Assembly (NCBI GenBank): GCA_036402215.1
Contig: DASWTI010000205.1
Span: 1 to 61,905, forward strand
DNA: 61,905 bases
From: Pseudonocardiaceae bacterium
Lineage (GTDB): Bacteria; Actinomycetota; Actinomycetes; Mycobacteriales; Pseudonocardiaceae
Reading direction: 5' to 3'
A model generated the notes under the pieces. It was not told the DNA's origin. It did not search any database and saw nothing but the letters and a program-made list of their open reading frames with translations. Shown here piece after piece: positions 58,357 through 61,905 of this stretch (position 1 is the stretch's first letter; each line of letters opens with the position of its first letter). Position numbers and translations under genes: made by a program.

Positions 58357-58806
58357 GTGACCAGGACGGGAATCGTGGCAATGGCGTTGGGCGCGGTGCT
58401 GCTGGGCGGGTGCGGCGCGGCGGAACGACAGGAGACGGGTCCGGTCCCGACGCCGACGGTGTCCGCGACACCGGCGGCGTCCACGGCGACAGCCGATGCG
58501 CCGGCGACCACCACGGAGCCCGAGCGGCCGACGGCGGCCCCGACGCCGGGCCAGGCGCAACAGCAGACCTGGGTCATGCCGAACCTGGTCGGACGGACGC
58601 TGCAGCAGGCGCAGGACGCCGTGCAGGAGCTGACCGGCTTCGGCATCACCTTCACCAGCTCGACGGACGCCACCGGGCAGGGACGGGCGCAGGTGCTCGA
58701 CCGCAACTGGGTGGTGTGCGGTCAGAACGTTGCGCCGGGCACGGCGATCACCACGAGCACCAGTATCGAGTTCGCGGCCGTGAAACTGGACGAGCGCTGC
58801 CCCTGA
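58357..58806 (+). CDS. Lipoprotein with a C-terminal PASTA-like domain
   Basis: Lipobox AVLLGGCG and a Thr/Pro/Ala linker. VMPNLVGRTLQQAQDAVQELTG...VVCGQNVAPG is PASTA-like. The start is uncertain. Confidence 0.65.
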   Translation: MTRTGIVAMALGAVLLGGCGAAERQETGPVPTPTVSATPAASTATADAPATTTEPERPTAAPTPGQAQQQTWVMPNLVGRTLQQAQDAVQELTGFGITFTSSTDATGQGRAQVLDRNWVVCGQNVAPGTAITTSTSIEFAAVKLDERCP

Positions 58807-58822
58807 GCGCCGTCGATCGCCG

Positions 58823-59032
58823 TCAGGGCGTGGGGGTGGGCGTCGGGGACGGTGGCGTGGTGGTGGACGTGCTGGTGAGGGTGGGGCCGGGGTTGCGGTC
58901 GAAGCTGGGGGTCGGCGCCGTTTCCTGAGTGGTCTGGTCGATGGGAACGGGCCGGCTCTCGGGGCGCACGCCGCAGGAGACGAGCGTGACGGCCACCAGC
59001 GCCGCCAGGGCGAGCACCACGTAGCGGCTCAT
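58823..59032 (-). CDS. Small lipoprotein
   Basis: MSRYVVLALAALVAVTLVSCG lipobox and a Thr/Pro-rich tail. ATGA-type overlap with the kinase stop. Confidence 0.5.
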   Translation of the reverse strand: MSRYVVLALAALVAVTLVSCGVRPESRPVPIDQTTQETAPTPSFDRNPGPTLTSTSTTTPPSPTPTPTP

Positions 59033-60411
59033 GGCGACTCCGCGGGGAGCTCGACCACGAAGCGGGCGCCGCCGCCGGGGCGGTCCTCCACCCAGGCGGT
59101 GCCGCGGTGACGGCGGACGTGCTCGGCGACCAGGGCCAGGCCGAGGCCGACGCCGACCGCGGAGGAGGAGCGGCGGGCGGCCGGTGAGCCGCGGGCGAAG
59201 CGCTCGAACACGCGCTCGCGGTCGGCCGGCGGCACGCCGGGGCCGGCGTCGTCGACCTCGATGCGTGCGCGGCCGTCGCGCGACAGCACGGCCAGCCGCA
59301 CGAGGCCGCCGCCGTGCTGGTTCGCGTTGTCCACGAGGTTCGCGATCACCCGCTCCAGCCGCCGCCGGTCGGCCGGCACCACGGTCGCGTCGCCGGAGGT
59401 CTCCACCGGCGGGCGGGTGCCGGGCAGGGTGGCGCACGCCCGGTCCACCAGCTCCGCCACGTCCACCGGCTCCAGGACGAGCTCGTCGTCGCCGCGGGAG
59501 ATGTCCAGCAGGTCGTCCACCATGCGCCGGAACCGCCGCAGGTCGGCGCCCAGCAGCTCGACGGCCTGCCGGGCGCTCGGCGGCAGCTCGTCACGCCGCC
59601 GTTGCAGCACCGCCATGGCGTTCAGCATGGTGGTGAGCGGCGACCGCAGCTCGTGGCTGACGTCGCCGGCGAAGCGCTCGTCGCGGGCGACCCGTCGCTG
59701 CAGCCGCTCGGCGGTCTCGTTGAACGCGGCGGACAGTGGCGCCAGGTCCGGGTCGCGGGTCGCGGGCAGCCGGACCGCGAGGTTGCCGGCGGCGGCCGCG
59801 GCGGCCACCCCGGTCAGGTCCGTCAGCGGCCGCAGCGCGTGCGTCGCCGCCCAGCGGCCGATGAGGGCGCCGGCCAGGCCGCTCACGGCGATGCCCGCCA
59901 CCAGCATCCAGCTCAGGAAGCGCAGCGTGCGGTCGAGCTCGCGCAGCGGCGACACCTCGACGTAGCTGGCCTCGGCCGCCGGGATCGGCAGCCCGACCAC
60001 GAGCGAGGGCACCCCGTCCAGCACGACGCGCTGGTGGGCGGCCCGGCCGCCCTGCACCATGGCGACCAGCCCGGCGGGGAGGTTGCGGGTGTTCACCAGG
60101 TTGCCGCTGGTGATCCACTCGCCGTCGTTCACCAGCAGCACGCCGGACTCCACCTCGGCTCCGAGGCCGGTGAGCAGCTCGGGCAGGCCGGCCGGGCGCC
60201 GGCTCATGGTCGCGTCGACGAGCCGGGCGTTGACCCTGGCCTGGCGCACGGCACTGCGCTCGCGCTGGTCGAGCATGTACGAGCTGCTGAGCTGCCAGGT
60301 GGCCACCGCGAGCAGGCTGGTGATCGCCATCGAGGCCAGGCAGAACGCGGCCATCACGCGGGTGCGCAGCGGCAGCCGCTCCACCGGCCCCAGCCCCGGC
60401 CGCCGCATCAC
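59029..60411 (-). CDS. Sensor histidine kinase (2 TM, HAMP, HisKA, HATPase)
   Basis: H-box SHELRSPLTTM, N-box VIANLVDNANQHG and G1 VDDAGPGVP. Confidence 0.85.
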   Translation of the reverse strand: MMRRPGLGPVERLPLRTRVMAAFCLASMAITSLLAVATWQLSSSYMLDQRERSAVRQARVNARLVDATMSRRPAGLPELLTGLGAEVESGVLLVNDGEWITSGNLVNTRNLPAGLVAMVQGGRAAHQRVVLDGVPSLVVGLPIPAAEASYVEVSPLRELDRTLRFLSWMLVAGIAVSGLAGALIGRWAATHALRPLTDLTGVAAAAAAGNLAVRLPATRDPDLAPLSAAFNETAERLQRRVARDERFAGDVSHELRSPLTTMLNAMAVLQRRRDELPPSARQAVELLGADLRRFRRMVDDLLDISRGDDELVLEPVDVAELVDRACATLPGTRPPVETSGDATVVPADRRRLERVIANLVDNANQHGGGLVRLAVLSRDGRARIEVDDAGPGVPPADRERVFERFARGSPAARRSSSAVGVGLGLALVAEHVRRHRGTAWVEDRPGGGARFVVELPAESP

Positions 60412-60505
60412 CGGCCCGGCTCCCGGGTCATCGGCCCGGCTCCCGGCTCCCGGGTCATCGGCCCGGCGCGGCCATCGGCCCGGTCCGGCGTCATTGGTCC
60501 GGTCC
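60406..60505. repeat. Degenerate tandem repeat filling the regulator-kinase intergenic region
   Basis: Five successive units start with CATC(A/G)..GGCCCGG (catcaccggcccggctcccgggt / catcggcccggctcccggctcccgggt / catcggcccggcgcggc / catcggcccggtccggcgt / cattggtccggtcc). Confidence 0.7.
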
Positions 60506-61186
60506 TCGTGGGGCGCGGTAACCGAGGCCGCGCACGGTGAGCACGATGCGCGGGTTGCCCGGGTCCGGCTCGACCTTGCGGCGCAGCCGCCGGATGTGCA
60601 CGTCGAGCAGCCGCGTGTCGCCGAAGTAGCCGTACTCCCAGACCCGCTCCAGCAGCTGCTCGCGCGTGACCACCCGGCCCTGCGCGGCGGCCAGCTCGCA
60701 CAACAGCTTGAACTCCGTCCGCGTCAGCCTCAGCTCGCGCTCACCCCGGTGGACCCGCCCCTCCGTCGGATGGATCCGCAGGTCCCCCACCAGCAGCACC
60801 TCGGCCGCCGCGCCCCTGGCCCGCCGCAGCAGCGCCCGGATGCGCGCCGCCAGCTCCCCGGCGTCCAGCGGCTTGGTCACGTAGTCGTCCGCGCCCGCCT
60901 CCAGGCCCGCGATGACGTCCGCGGTGTCGGTGCGCGCCGTGACGATGATGATCGGCAGGTCACCCCGCTCCCGGACCGCCGCGCACACCTGGAGCCCGTC
61001 GATGCCCGGCAGCATCAGGTCGAGCAGCACCACGTCCGGCTCCGGCTCGTGGTCGAGCAGTTCCAGCGCCCGTTCCCCCGTCTCGGCCTCGGTCACCCGG
61101 TAGCCCTCGTCGGCCAGCGCCAGGCCGAGCGCCTGCCGGATCCGGGAGTCGTCCTCGACGAGCAGGACCGTGGTCATGCCAGGCAC
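60491..61186 (-). CDS. OmpR-family response regulator
   Basis: VLLVEDD and DLMLPGIDG receiver motifs. C-terminal winged helix LTRTEFKLLCELA...VRGLGYR. Confidence 0.9.
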   Translation of the reverse strand: MPGMTTVLLVEDDSRIRQALGLALADEGYRVTEAETGERALELLDHEPEPDVVLLDLMLPGIDGLQVCAAVRERGDLPIIIVTARTDTADVIAGLEAGADDYVTKPLDAGELAARIRALLRRARGAAAEVLLVGDLRIHPTEGRVHRGERELRLTRTEFKLLCELAAAQGRVVTREQLLERVWEYGYFGDTRLLDVHIRRLRRKVEPDPGNPRIVLTVRGLGYRAPRGPDQ

Positions 61187-61300
61187 GCTACTCGTGACCA
61201 GCCCCGATGATCATGACGGTGACGTCCCGTTCACGGTGCCGCGACGGATCGTCAGGTATTCGCAAGGCGGGACGCCCCCCGCTCCGGGCAGGATGAGGGC

Positions 61301-61543
61301 ATGACCGCTGCACGACCCGTGGACCGGCCCCATGACCGACCCCTCGACGACCGTTGCGTCGCCGACGTGTCCGAGCGGCTGATGATCGAGTACGAGGCCG
61401 ACCTGCCCCTGGGCACCGTCACCTCCGTGGTGCTGGACGCGCACCGCGACCTGGCCGGCCAGATCCCACCCACCGCGCTCGCCGAGATGCTCGAGCGCCT
61501 GGCCCGCTACCGCCTCGACCGGCTGCTCGCCGCGGCCGGCTGA
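61301..61543 (+). CDS. Hypothetical small helical protein
   Basis: 80-aa ORF, GC3-rich, followed by a strong hairpin. Confidence 0.5.
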   Translation: MTAARPVDRPHDRPLDDRCVADVSERLMIEYEADLPLGTVTSVVLDAHRDLAGQIPPTALAEMLERLARYRLDRLLAAAG

Positions 61544-61574
61544 GCCGGGCCGCCACCGAACCCCCTCCGATAGA

Positions 61575-61615
61575 CCGAACGGGCCGACCACTGCAGGGGT
61601 GGTCGGCCCGTTCGG
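61575..61615. terminator. Perfect 17-bp stem hairpin between convergent genes
   Basis: ccgaacgggccgaccac, a 7-nt loop, then gtggtcggcccgttcgg. Confidence 0.6.
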
Positions 61616-61652
61616 CACCAGGACTCGCACCGTGGACCACCCCGGGCCGCGG

Positions 61653-61905
61653 TCAGCCGGCTGCGGTGACGCGGCGGGCGCGAGCCACGGCCAGCAGGCC
61701 GAGGACCACGGCGACCAGCCCGGCCACCAGGGCCATGGCACCGCCGACGATGCCGGAACCACTGCCGGGGCCTCCGTCGGCGACGAGCACGACCAGGCCA
61801 CCGATGACCGCGGCGGCCACCCCGGCCCCGAGAGCCACCGGGGCGGCCCGTCCCCCGGCACCGGCACCGGCACCGGCGCCCGCGCCCGGGCCACCGGGGC
61901 GACCG
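61653..61905 (-). CDS. Gly/Ala-rich membrane protein, 5'-partial (open to the window end)
   Basis: Two hydrophobic helices (VAAAVIGGLVVLVA; AMALVAGLVAVVLGLLAVA). The frame stays open upstream through a GAGAGAGAG run to base 61905. Confidence 0.35.
   Translation of the reverse strand, partial: GRPGGPGAGAGAGAGAGGRAAPVALGAGVAAAVIGGLVVLVADGGPGSGSGIVGGAMALVAGLVAVVLGLLAVARARRVTAAG

Noticed and set aside
59031-60540. Plus-strand ORFs 59261..59965 and 59314..60540 across the histidine-kinase gene.
   Set aside because: They are antisense to a kinase with clear H, N and G boxes, and the translations are Arg/Gly-rich.
1-61905. A CRISPR array to go with the Csb2 fragment.
   Set aside because: No series of regularly spaced ~36-nt direct repeats was seen anywhere. 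The only tandem repeat (60406-60505) has contiguous 14-27-bp units without spacers.

Overview
High-G+C actinomycete chromosomal segment. All calls come from reading the ORF translations and DNA by eye; no database search was run.

The right end (57.1-61.9 kb) looks like ordinary core: a saccharopine-dehydrogenase-like reductase, a PASTA lipoprotein and an OmpR-type regulator/histidine kinase pair.

A tRNA-Arg(CCG) at 56980-57051 sits beside a 3'-truncated tyrosine integrase. Together they anchor a large, mosaic, heavily decayed island covering roughly 8.3-57 kb. The island contains:
- a ParB-like gene, Lsr2 flanked by three paralogous lipoproteins, and a STAS/RsbW pair;
- a MobC-relaxase mobilisation module and AICE-like genes (GntR, Prim-Pol-like, SLT+NlpC/P60);
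- one intact IS982-family element;
- a complete, lower-GC type I R-M operon (hsdM-hsdS-hsdR plus a DUF45 peptidase);
- many abutting gene fragments: IS5-like, Csb2, TcmP, DUF5131, a TatD tail and a KAP-like stub.

The left 2.5 kb also holds several truncated or frameshifted small genes.

Candidate uncharacterised systems:
1. A translationally coupled operon of S8 peptidase, ECF sigma, a beta-sandwich protein and TPR-CHAT (3.2-8.2 kb).
2. A DUF4062-NB-ARC-TPR STAND NTPase joined by an ATGA overlap to an ORC/Cdc6-like AAA+ ATPase (42.1-46.0 kb).
3. An XRE-HD pair and a YaaC-like gene inserted inside the conjugative-element remnant (51-54 kb).

No CRISPR array or rRNA was seen. Several frameshifts lie in short homopolymers and could be assembly errors.
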